Positions 1 to 7,597 of a DNA stretch of 24,737 nucleotides are shown here, piece after piece; positions within the stretch are counted from its first letter, which is position 1; each line of letters begins with the position of its first letter. The translations under genes were made by a program, and so were the position numbers. Under the pieces are notes generated by a model. The model worked only from the letters and a program-made list of their open reading frames with translations. It was not told the DNA's origin and did no database searches. Where the stretch lies: positions 1 through 24,737 of the forward strand of contig JANNVX010000115.1 of the NCBI GenBank assembly GCA_031414595.1, read 5' to 3'. Source of the stretch: Deinococcales bacterium. Its GTDB lineage: Bacteria; Deinococcota; Deinococci; Deinococcales; JAAFIG01.

Positions 1-186
1 CAAAATGTCGAACCAGTTGCGCCACTGTAAAACCCTGATTACTTAAACGTAGAATACTGGCTCTCAGACGAACTTTAGGGTGAATTCCGTGGGCTTGCTC
101 GAGTTGGCGTAATTGGCTATCTTCTTCTGGGCTTAATTTGACAAATCTTGGTCTACACATTCTTGTAGTTTACACGGGAAACACTT

Positions 187-804
187 ATGCAGCCATGTAT
201 CAGTTTAATCTGTAGCTCAGTTCACTTTTCTGGAATACTCCACAAAGAGCTTCAAAATTACGGTTTAGAGCTTTCAGACAACGCCGAACACATCATTTTA
301 GTTGAATCATCACTTGGTACAGTTTTGAGCGAACTCGAGAACTCCGAAATCGACCCGAGCAAAGTAGTTGTTTTCACCCCTAATCCATGCCCCGAATACT
401 GGCAAGATGTCCTCGAGATGGGCGTACTTGTGGTGGTCAGTTCGCTCAATAAAGGTATGGTCTTGGCTGCGGTAGAAGCCCTAAACAGCAAACGAGAACT
501 CAAACACATACCACAAGTAAAACAAGCCGCTTTAACCATCCAAGAACGTGATGTTCTAAGGCTTATCGCACGGAGCTTTAGCAACAAAGACATTGGCGAT
601 GTGCTAGGAAAATCCGAAAAGACGATCATGAACAACATTACCCACATTTTAGAAAAATTAACTGGAACATACCCAGAATTACGCTTCGATAACCGAGGTT
701 GCTTGGTGCATTACTATTACGGGTTTTGGAACAACATTGGCAAAGACTGTAGATACTCGAGAATTGCCAAAGAAAACCGACTCAAAAAGCGAAAAAACGG
801 GTAA
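187..804 (+). CDS. LuxR/NarL-family HTH transcriptional regulator with a degenerate receiver-like N-terminal domain
   Basis: The C-terminal LTIQERDVLRLIARSFSNKDIGDVLGKSEKTIMNNITHILEKL matches the LuxR HTH pattern (LTxxExxVLxLxAxGxSNxxIAxxLxxSxxT). The N-terminal alpha/beta region lacks a clear DD/D/K receiver triad. Confidence 0.85.
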   Translation: MQPCISLICSSVHFSGILHKELQNYGLELSDNAEHIILVESSLGTVLSELENSEIDPSKVVVFTPNPCPEYWQDVLEMGVLVVVSSLNKGMVLAAVEALNSKRELKHIPQVKQAALTIQERDVLRLIARSFSNKDIGDVLGKSEKTIMNNITHILEKLTGTYPELRFDNRGCLVHYYYGFWNNIGKDCRYSRIAKENRLKKRKNG

Positions 805-959
805 ATATGGCTAGGATGCTCGAGGGTATTTGTAAGAAGTGAGTAAAAAATTAAAATTATGCAGTTGTTTGGAATACGAAAACCGCAAGGGTTTTATCCC
901 GAGACTACGGGGGGAAACTCCCTTCACTTGAGTATGAGCAGCAAGTTAGGCTTTTTGGG

Positions 960-979
960 AACTACGCTCGAGAGTAGTT
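960..979. promoter_or_regulatory. 20-bp near-perfect palindrome, candidate operator upstream of the lipoprotein gene
   Basis: AACTACGCTCGAGAGTAGTT has 9 of 10 symmetric pairs and ends 29 bp before the ATG at 1009. Confidence 0.4.
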
Positions 980-1008
980 GAGTCACAAACACAAAGCTGG
1001 AGTCCAAG

Positions 1009-2133
1009 ATGAAAAAAGGTTTTGGTTACGAATTGATGTGTCTTTTATCGTGTTTTTTAATTCTATTCTCGAGTTGCGGGTCAAGTTTACCGCAAGACAT
1101 CCAACCCGAACCAGCGCCAATAAATTCAAAGCCCGCCGTTGTGCGCCCACAATGGTTTTGGCAAGGTGCTTGGTGGGGAACAACAGGGGCTTTAGCGCCA
1201 GAAGCTATTACAACAATTCAGCAAAACCCATGGATTCTTTCGGGAGCAAGGCTGGCAAGACAAGCAGCCCTTGGAGTTTCAGACGCACCTGCTTTTGATT
1301 TTCAAGGGGCGCGACAAATTTGGAATGAACAAGCTCAAAGGCTATCCATCCTAATTCCTTTTGTTGGAGATACTTCTCCTTATGGAGCTATTGTTAATAT
1401 TGCTCCAGTATTTTTCTGGTTTGGGGAACATGAAAAACGAATATCTAGTGTTAGTTACGGCGGATTCTCAAAGACCCAAACTGCCAGTGGTCGTGTTTAC
1501 CCTCAAGGATTAAATCTTGCGGCAGCAATACAAGATAAAGTGGTTTTCTCAAGCGTAATCATTAAACCTACAGGACAACTTGGCGAAGCAAACATGGCTG
1601 TTGCTTCACGAGCAACAGGACAAAAAGTAAATTGGTTTTCAACTCGCGCACCAGTGACAACACAAGTGCAAATTAAATCAATGTTTAATCCTAAACTTAC
1701 GGCGCAGGCTTTAGTTATAGTCGAGTGTGCGTTTGCGAGCGAGTCAAATCCAAGAAACCTACCTATTTGTCCAGTGACACCGATAACTCCAGGAAAGGAT
1801 TACTCTGTCCCACCAAGCGGGACTCCTCAAGAATCACAACCTATTGTAAATCCTCCAGTGAATTGTAATGATCTTGCCCAGCAAGTCAACTCTCTAGCAG
1901 CCGCTTCCACTCGTGCCTATGCTAATTTGATTGGAAATATAATGGTTGGTGCTGGAGCATGTGTCTTATCTGCTGTTACAGCACCGAACCCAGCAAGTTT
2001 TGCAGTTTTCCTTTTGGTGGTCACTATATGTGCAGGTGGGGGAACATTGATTTGGGTTGCGATTGACGGCTATCAGGAAGCACAAAGACTCTTTGAGGAT
2101 AAGTCAAGGGAGTATGTGGCTCAGTGTACATAG
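1009..2133 (+). CDS. Hypothetical lipoprotein with a Pro-rich linker and C-terminal hydrophobic Cys-bounded hairpin (bacteriocin/toxin-like architecture)
   Basis: 374-aa ORF with GGAG upstream, MKK plus a hydrophobic stretch plus LFSS-C23 lipobox, a Pro-rich segment at ~aa 255-284, and Gly/Ala-rich hydrophobic segments at ~aa 305-352. Confidence 0.75.
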   Translation: MKKGFGYELMCLLSCFLILFSSCGSSLPQDIQPEPAPINSKPAVVRPQWFWQGAWWGTTGALAPEAITTIQQNPWILSGARLARQAALGVSDAPAFDFQGARQIWNEQAQRLSILIPFVGDTSPYGAIVNIAPVFFWFGEHEKRISSVSYGGFSKTQTASGRVYPQGLNLAAAIQDKVVFSSVIIKPTGQLGEANMAVASRATGQKVNWFSTRAPVTTQVQIKSMFNPKLTAQALVIVECAFASESNPRNLPICPVTPITPGKDYSVPPSGTPQESQPIVNPPVNCNDLAQQVNSLAAASTRAYANLIGNIMVGAGACVLSAVTAPNPASFAVFLLVVTICAGGGTLIWVAIDGYQEAQRLFEDKSREYVAQCT

Positions 2134-2283
2134 AAAATGAGTGTGGATTTAAGTGGTTAAAAATTGATTGGGTTTATTGGAGACTAAACTCAAAACATTG
2201 TAACGAGGTGCATCTTGTTACAATGAATTATGGGTAAGAACCAATTTCTACAGATGTTCTAATTTCAATAGATATGTCGTCCT

Positions 2284-2311
2284 ATAGGGCAGATATGATG
2301 GTCTGCCCTAT
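2284..2311. repeat. Intergenic REP-like hairpin
   Basis: ATAGGGCAGA-tatgatgg-TCTGCCCTAT forms a perfect 10-bp stem with no U-tract. Confidence 0.55.
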
Positions 2312-2462
2312 GAAATCTAAATTCGTCTGTAATGTACTAAATCAAGAATATCACGAATTATTGAAAATGGGGTTTTGGGTAATAAGTCCTAAATTATCTT
2401 AAATGTTATACACTTAAACAGGATAAGTTTACTGATTCTTTTGGCTTTCAGGAGGTGTTGAA

Positions 2463-2744
2463 GTGATGAATTTCCTTATTTTTGCGTTTCCCGTTCTTTT
2501 ATTCATTTTCTTATGGTTTTTCTTTATTAAAAAACCACACACTAGAAAAGCCTTCTACGTTTTTTGTATGCTTTCGCCAAATTTGGCATTTCTACCAAGT
2601 CTGCTTCAGAACCCTCGGCTCATTTTTCCATTGACATTGCCAGATGGTGGTGTACTGATTTCACCACATATCATGGGTTTTTTGAATATATTCGCTATTA
2701 TTTTTGCTTATCTACTCACTATTCAAAAGCAAAAATCTCAATAA
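2463..2744 (+). CDS. Small hypothetical membrane protein (~3 hydrophobic segments), candidate immunity/accessory protein
   Basis: AGGAGG at 2450-2455 sits 7 nt before the GTG. The 93-aa product is rich in F/L/I with basic patches (KKPHTRK, QKQK). Confidence 0.7.
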   Translation: MMNFLIFAFPVLLFIFLWFFFIKKPHTRKAFYVFCMLSPNLAFLPSLLQNPRLIFPLTLPDGGVLISPHIMGFLNIFAIIFAYLLTIQKQKSQ

Positions 2745-3022
2745 GTTGTAAAGTCCTGTTGACGATGAGCATTTGATAGTGATTATCCGTGGTACAAATC
2801 ATTATTTAATCACGATTTGTACCTCTAAAACTCCGCAAATCTCGAGAAAGGCTGCTCTGGCGATTTCAAATTCTCCAGCGTGCCGCATTTCTATTCGTAA
2901 ACCGCTTCGCCATTTACCACGTTTAAGCGCACTTTTTGTTTTATCAAGCACGCTGGTCAGTTCAGGGTACAACTGGGCAATATATTTTCCGAACCACTGC
3001 CTTATGCGTTATGCTTTAGCAC

Positions 3023-4207
3023 ATGAAACAATCAACCCTTGCGGCTCGAGCCGGACTTGAACTTGAACTTGGACTTGGCACACCAATTAACCCCGCGATT
3101 CATCAAGCCACGGTCTATGCTTACCCGAGTTTAGAGGATTTAGAACGGGTCTTTCAGGGCGAAAAAGGGTACATTTACTACCGCAACGGTCATCCAAATG
3201 CCACAGCTTTAGAGACTCTACTGGCACAACTCGAATTTGCCCAAGCATCGGCGGTCTCGAGCAGTGGGATGGCAGCGATTTCGGCGCTGCTGCTGGGTAA
3301 TTTACGGGCTGGCGATCATATAATTGCTGACCAGAATGCCTACGGCGGTACTTTTGCGCTTTTAACTTTGGATTTACCCCGCTTTGGACTCGAGGTCAGT
3401 TTTATCGATGTGCAGGATTTAGCAGCCGTAGAAGCGGCTTTTTTGCCAAACACCAAATGGCTGCATTTAGAAAGCCTGTCCAATCCAACCATTCGGATTG
3501 CCGATGTTGGCAACTTGGTGGCTTTAGCCAAAATCAGAGGCGTAACGGTTTGTGTGGATAATACTTTTGCCAGTCCAGCCTTGTTAAATCCGATTGCCCT
3601 AGGCGCAGATGTGGTGGTGCATAGCCTTGCCAAATATATTGGTGGGCATGGGGCAGTCATGGGAGGGGCAATCATGGGCAGCACAAGCCTTATAGAAGCC
3701 GCCCGAAGCGCACTGCTACGGTTTGGTGGGACAATGGCGGCACTGGATGCTTGGTTGGCACTTCTGGGGGCAAAAACACTGGCTTTACGCATGGCACAAC
3801 ACAGTCAAAACGGTCTAGCGGTTGCTCAGTTTCTCGAGACACACCCGAAAATCATTCGGGTAGATTACCCCGGACTGGCATCGCACCCACAACACCAATT
3901 AGCCAAAGACCTGCTTAAAAATGGTTTTGGTGGCATGATGTCTTTTGAGTTGGGTGGCGGTTTGGCATCTGCTTCGAGTTTTGTAAAAGCCATCAGCCAT
4001 GCCATTCCGCTTGCGCCTAGCCTCGCCGATGTCTCGAGTACCCTGTCTTATCCGACTGGCACAAGTCACCGTGCCTTAAGCCCCAAGGCTCGAGCCAACA
4101 TTGGTGTGACCGATGGCTTACTGCGTTTATCGGTGGGGATAGAGGATGTAACCGATATTATTGGCGACTTGACACAGGCGCTTGACACAACGACGCTGCA
4201 CGTTTAG
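3023..4207 (+). CDS. Trans-sulfuration family PLP-dependent enzyme (cystathionine gamma-synthase/beta-lyase/methionine gamma-lyase-like)
   Basis: Motifs SSGMAAI, YGGT, ESLSNP, VDNTFASP, HSLAKYIGGH (PLP lysine), GFGGMMSF and LLRLSVGIED. The exact substrate cannot be assigned. Confidence 0.93.
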   Translation: MKQSTLAARAGLELELGLGTPINPAIHQATVYAYPSLEDLERVFQGEKGYIYYRNGHPNATALETLLAQLEFAQASAVSSSGMAAISALLLGNLRAGDHIIADQNAYGGTFALLTLDLPRFGLEVSFIDVQDLAAVEAAFLPNTKWLHLESLSNPTIRIADVGNLVALAKIRGVTVCVDNTFASPALLNPIALGADVVVHSLAKYIGGHGAVMGGAIMGSTSLIEAARSALLRFGGTMAALDAWLALLGAKTLALRMAQHSQNGLAVAQFLETHPKIIRVDYPGLASHPQHQLAKDLLKNGFGGMMSFELGGGLASASSFVKAISHAIPLAPSLADVSSTLSYPTGTSHRALSPKARANIGVTDGLLRLSVGIEDVTDIIGDLTQALDTTTLHV

Positions 4208-4210
4208 ACT
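4182..4210 (+). promoter_or_regulatory. Sigma70-type promoter for the tRNA-His / tRNA-Leu / tig region
   Basis: TTGACA (4182-4187), a 17-bp spacer, then TAGACT (4205-4210), 21 nt before tRNA-His. Confidence 0.8.
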
Positions 4211-4231
4211 CCTTTACGCCTTCGGGCTTGT

Positions 4232-4309
4232 GGTGGGTGTAGCTCAGCCGGTTAGAGCGCCGCTCTGTGGCAGCGGAGGTCGCGGGTTCAAATCCCGTCA
4301 CCTACCCCA
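4232..4309 (+). tRNA. tRNA-His (GTG)
   Basis: Acceptor stem GTGGGTG/CACCTAC with G-1:C73, D-arm AGCTCAGCCGGTTAGAGC, anticodon arm CCGCT-CTGTGGC-AGCGG, T-loop GGTTCAAATCC and encoded CCA. Confidence 0.97.
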
Positions 4310-4313
4310 AATG

Positions 4314-4340
4314 AATCCCGAGAGCTTTTTCTCGGGATTT
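4314..4340 (+). terminator. Hairpin after tRNA-His (terminator or processing stem)
   Basis: AATCCCGAGA-gctttt-TCTCGGGATT forms a 10-bp stem with only a weak T-tail. Confidence 0.5.
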
Positions 4341-4380
4341 GATTCTTTAGCGTTCTTATAGTAGGCTCTTTCGGCTTGAT

Positions 4381-4465
4381 GCGAGGATGGCGGAATTGGT
4401 AGACGCGCTGGACTTAGGATCCAGTGCCGTAAGGTGTGCGGGTTCAAGTCCCGCTTCTCGCACCA
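4381..4465 (+). tRNA. tRNA-Leu (TAG)
   Basis: Acceptor stem GCGAGGA/TTCTCGC, D-arm TGGCGGAATTGGTAGACGC, anticodon arm CTGGA-CTTAGGA-TCCAG, long variable arm, GGTTCAAGTCC and encoded CCA. Confidence 0.97.
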
Positions 4466-4483
4466 CAAAGGTTTTTAGGTTTA

Positions 4484-4537
4484 AGGAGTTTTGAACCACA
4501 AAAGAGAAGTTTTGAACCACAAAAGAGGAGTTTTGAA
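4484..4537 (+). repeat. 21-bp tandem repeat (~2.5 copies) containing the tig ribosome-binding site
   Basis: AGGAGTTTTGAACCACAAAAG / AGAAGTTTTGAACCACAAAAG / AGGAGTTTTGAA, followed directly by ATG. Confidence 0.9.
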
Positions 4538-5782
4538 ATGGCAGAATTATTGCAACGCGAAGGTAATAAAGTGAAGTTCAAAGTGGTTGTTCCAGCCACT
4601 GAAGTCGCCAAGGCATTTGACGGAATCATCAATCAATTGGTGCGTGAAGTCCGTGTCCCTGGCTTTCGTCCGGGCAAAGCCCCAAAAGCCATGATTGAAA
4701 AACGAGTCGGTACAGAATTTCTCGAGAACGAAGTCACCAAGCACCTGATTGAACAAAATTATGGGGCTGCTGTCAAAGAACTGAAACTCATTCCGGTCTC
4801 TGCCAATGTAGACCCGGGCAAGCTCGAGAAAGGCACAGAATTTGAATTTACGGTAGATGCCGAGAATTATCCAGAGGTAACGCTGCCCAACTGGGAAGCC
4901 TTTGCAATAGAAGCCCAAGCCCCAGTGGTTGGCGAAGAAGATGTCCAAAAAGCCCTCAACGAACTCTTACAAAGCCGTGCAACTTACGAACAAGTTGAAC
5001 GCAGCGCCGAAGCCGAAGATATGGTCAATGTTGAAATTCTCGAGGGCGAAGACGCTGGTAAAACCTATCCTGTCTATCTCGAGCGAGCCGAAGCTGGGGT
5101 GCGGAATGCCCTCTTAGGACAGGCTGTGGGTGCCGAAGCCGAAGTGATTGTCCAAGGTGGCGACAAGCCAGAGGACGAACAAACCGTTCTTAAAGTCAAA
5201 ATTTTAGACATTAAGAATAAAGTTGTGCCAGCCTTGGACGACGAATTTGCCAAGAGCTTTCAGCTAGACAACATAGACAGTGTAGAAAGCCTGACCACAC
5301 GCATCAAAGCCGACCTTGAAGCCCAAGCGATTCAAACTGGAAAACAAGCCCGCCGTGATGAATTTGTCAAAAAACTGGGCGAAGGCAGCACACTCGAGAT
5401 TCCACAAATCATGATTGAACGCCGTGTTGCAGCAATGGAACAAGACCTCGAGAACGACTTGCAAAAACAAGACATCACCTTAAAATCCTACCGTGAATAC
5501 CTTGGTAGCGAAGGTAAACTTGAAGAATTTGAGCAAGATATTTTGACAGGTGCAAATTTGCGGGTTCGCAATGACCTTGCGCTCGAGAAACTCAGCGAAA
5601 GCTTAGGCACAAAACTCGACAATGACGAATGGGCAACCGCCATTCGCAACTATGCCGTTTCGGTGCGTACCAGCGTGCCAAACCTCTTAAAAGCCCTAGG
5701 CGACGAAGGCGTGGATAATTTCCGTGTGATTGCTACCCGCGACAAAGCCTTAGAGACTGCCTTAAATAAACTCGGTGCATAA
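4538..5782 (+). CDS. tig: Trigger factor (ribosome-associated chaperone), 414 aa
   Basis: Signature VPGFRPGKAP, with LDDEFAK and IPQIMIE. The start is moved to ATG 4538 (GAGGAG at 4525-4530) because the longer ORF begins inside tRNA-Leu. Confidence 0.96.
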   Translation: MAELLQREGNKVKFKVVVPATEVAKAFDGIINQLVREVRVPGFRPGKAPKAMIEKRVGTEFLENEVTKHLIEQNYGAAVKELKLIPVSANVDPGKLEKGTEFEFTVDAENYPEVTLPNWEAFAIEAQAPVVGEEDVQKALNELLQSRATYEQVERSAEAEDMVNVEILEGEDAGKTYPVYLERAEAGVRNALLGQAVGAEAEVIVQGGDKPEDEQTVLKVKILDIKNKVVPALDDEFAKSFQLDNIDSVESLTTRIKADLEAQAIQTGKQARRDEFVKKLGEGSTLEIPQIMIERRVAAMEQDLENDLQKQDITLKSYREYLGSEGKLEEFEQDILTGANLRVRNDLALEKLSESLGTKLDNDEWATAIRNYAVSVRTSVPNLLKALGDEGVDNFRVIATRDKALETALNKLGA

Positions 5783-5791
5783 AGATTGTTT

Positions 5792-5822
5792 AACTCGAGG
5801 GCATGATGTCCTCGAGTTTTTT
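5792..5822 (+). terminator. Rho-independent terminator after tig
   Basis: Stem AACTCGAGGGCA-tga-TGTCCTCGAGTT followed by a T-run, between convergent genes. Confidence 0.85.
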
Positions 5823-5841
5823 ATAGTTTGTGCTTCAAGAA

Positions 5842-6228
5842 TTAAGCGTACTCGAGCAATTTAGCCCGAGCCACATCTGGCACAACCAAACTCTGCTTAG
5901 CATGGTGGTCATACCAAACCAGCACCGTCTCGAAGTTAGCGCACAAGATGTCATTGGCAATAACTTCGTGCTGCACAGTAAAACTTTTTGTTCCAACCTT
6001 AATAACCCAAGTGCTAATTTGCACTGTATCACCGTAATGCACTGCCCTTACATGACTCGCCACGACTCGAGCCAATAAACAACTGGGGAATTGCTTATCG
6101 GTAATCCCAAGAAAAGCAAAGAACTCGAGCCGAGCAAATTCGGTGTACGAGAAAAAAACCGCATTGTTGACATGCCCAAGCATATCAAGGTCGGCAAAAC
6201 GAACCACCATTGGCGTAAAAAACTTCAT
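5842..6228 (-). CDS. Acyl-CoA thioesterase, 4HBT/YbgC-like hot-dog fold
   Basis: VRFADLDMLGHVNNAVFFSYTEFAR motif. The start is set at MKFF (6228) because the upstream extension is translated heptamer repeat. Confidence 0.9.
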   Translation of the reverse strand: MKFFTPMVVRFADLDMLGHVNNAVFFSYTEFARLEFFAFLGITDKQFPSCLLARVVASHVRAVHYGDTVQISTWVIKVGTKSFTVQHEVIANDILCANFETVLVWYDHHAKQSLVVPDVARAKLLEYA

Positions 6229-6229
6229 C

Positions 6230-6257
6230 CTTCGCCTTTTGCCTTTCGCCCTTCGCC
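6230..6257 (-). repeat. Heptamer tandem array (4 x GGCRAAR) between glgC and the thioesterase gene
   Basis: Minus strand reads TGA GGCGAAG GGCGAAA GGCAAAA GGCGAAG G ATG. Confidence 0.8.
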
Positions 6258-7502
6258 TCACTCAAATCTATACCCTTTAGGCACAACAACCACACCTTTT
6301 TCGGTAATCTTAAAGCCCCGAGCGCGGTCTTCCTCAAGATTCACCCCGATTTTTGTTCCAGGTGGCACAATCACGTCTTTATCAAGAATCGCATTTTGAA
6401 TAATGCAGTTGCGTCCGACTTCTACTTCGTCGAATAAAACACTGCGATGCACCAAAGAATATGAATTAACTCGAGCGCGACGAAACAAAACCGAATCGCG
6501 TACCGTCCCACCAGAGATAATCACCCCGCCCGCCACAAGACTGTTTAAGGCGTGACCCGTGCGGTCTCCCGATTCATGTACAAACTTAGCGGGCGGGCTA
6601 TCGGCATTGACGGTGCGTAAGGGCCATTCTTGGTTGTACAAATCAAATTCTGGATTAACTGAAATCAATTCCATACTGGCTTCGTGGTACGCATCGAGCG
6701 TTCCGACATCTTTCCAGTAGGTGTTCGGGCGGTCTGTACCCGGAATTGGATTCTTAAAAAAATCATAGGCGTGCAAATGATACCCATCGCGTAAAGCCCT
6801 TGGCAGCACATCCTTGCCAAAGTCTTTGCTCGAGTTGTCGTCGCGGGCATCTAAATCGAGTAAATCCTCGAGTGCTTTGCGACTAAAAATATAATTGCCC
6901 ATACTGGCAAGTGCCATGTCAGGCTTTCCGGGCATTGTAAAGGGGTTTTTGGGTTTTTCTTGAAATTCGGTAATGCGGCTACGGTCATCCACACCAAGCA
7001 CCCCAAAACGGCTGGCTTCTGCCACTGGCACTGGAAAAGCGGCAATGCTGACATCGGCTCTGGAATCAAGGTGTTCTTGAATCATATGGTCTACGTTCAT
7101 TTTGTAGATATGATCGCCGCTAAAAATAGCGATGCAGTCGGCTTTATGGTTCTCGATTAAGTGCATGTTCTGCCAAATCGCATCGGCTGTACCACGATAC
7201 CAAACCGCGCCAAGTTCCTCAAAACGGTATTGCTGGGCGGGAACAAGGGTAATAAAGTAATCCGATAAAAACGAACCAAAACGCCAACCACGTTGAATAT
7301 GTTCGGTTAAGGACTGGGCTTTGTACTGGGTTAAAACATAAATACTGTAAATCTCTGAGTTGATGAAATTATTAATCGCAAAGTCTATAATGCGGTACTT
7401 TGCTCCGAATGGCACAGCAGGTTTAGAACGTTTAGAAGTAAGTGGTGAGAGCCTCGAGCCTTGACCACCAGCCAGAATCATGCCTAATGTGCGAACAGCC
7501 AT
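6258..7502 (-). CDS. glgC: Glucose-1-phosphate adenylyltransferase (ADP-glucose pyrophosphorylase)
   Basis: Motifs [50 protein letters not shown] and [16 protein letters not shown] and a TGtTATACT -10 (7525-7533) lie upstream. Confidence 0.98.
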   Translation of the reverse strand: MAVRTLGMILAGGQGSRLSPLTSKRSKPAVPFGAKYRIIDFAINNFINSEIYSIYVLTQYKAQSLTEHIQRGWRFGSFLSDYFITLVPAQQYRFEELGAVWYRGTADAIWQNMHLIENHKADCIAIFSGDHIYKMNVDHMIQEHLDSRADVSIAAFPVPVAEASRFGVLGVDDRSRITEFQEKPKNPFTMPGKPDMALASMGNYIFSRKALEDLLDLDARDDNSSKDFGKDVLPRALRDGYHLHAYDFFKNPIPGTDRPNTYWKDVGTLDAYHEASMELISVNPEFDLYNQEWPLRTVNADSPPAKFVHESGDRTGHALNSLVAGGVIISGGTVRDSVLFRRARVNSYSLVHRSVLFDEVEVGRNCIIQNAILDKDVIVPPGTKIGVNLEEDRARGFKITEKGVVVVPKGYRFE

Positions 7503-7597
7503 ATTGTGTACCTCCGGATAAGACAGTATAACAGTCTCTTAGATAAATAAGGCAACATAGAATTAAGTTGTCATGATTTATTTGTAAACTGTACAGC

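Noticed and set aside
1-30. Possible 3' end of an upstream gene (QNVEPVAPL*)
   Set aside because: Nine codons are too few to support a call.
879-950. Known riboswitch upstream of the lipoprotein gene
   Set aside because: Short GNRA-type hairpins are present, but I could not match the conserved core of any known riboswitch class.
2773-3060. 95-aa plus-strand ORF
   Set aside because: TTG start, no SD, no recognisable features, and it overlaps the next gene's promoter and start.
4232-4465. tRNA genes as integration sites for an island or prophage
   Set aside because: There is no integrase and no substantial duplicated tRNA 3' end elsewhere in the window, and the flanking genes are housekeeping.
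4436-4537. 34-aa N-terminal extension of trigger factor (RSFEPQK repeats)
   Set aside because: It starts inside tRNA-Leu and is simply the 21-bp repeat read in frame. A good SD precedes ATG 4538.
4484-4537. Possible CRISPR array (also considered for 20657-20733 and the 64-bp repeats)
   Set aside because: There are no unique spacers between repeats, too few units, and no cas genes in the window.
4990-5220. Short, degenerate FKBP/PPIase domain in trigger factor
   Set aside because: It appears to be a lineage-level trait of Deinococcus-Thermus trigger factors rather than something specific to this locus. It was not verified by alignment.
6229-6261. Arg-rich N-terminus [11 protein letters not shown] on the thioesterase
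   Set aside because: It is a translation of the heptamer array, not a targeting signal.
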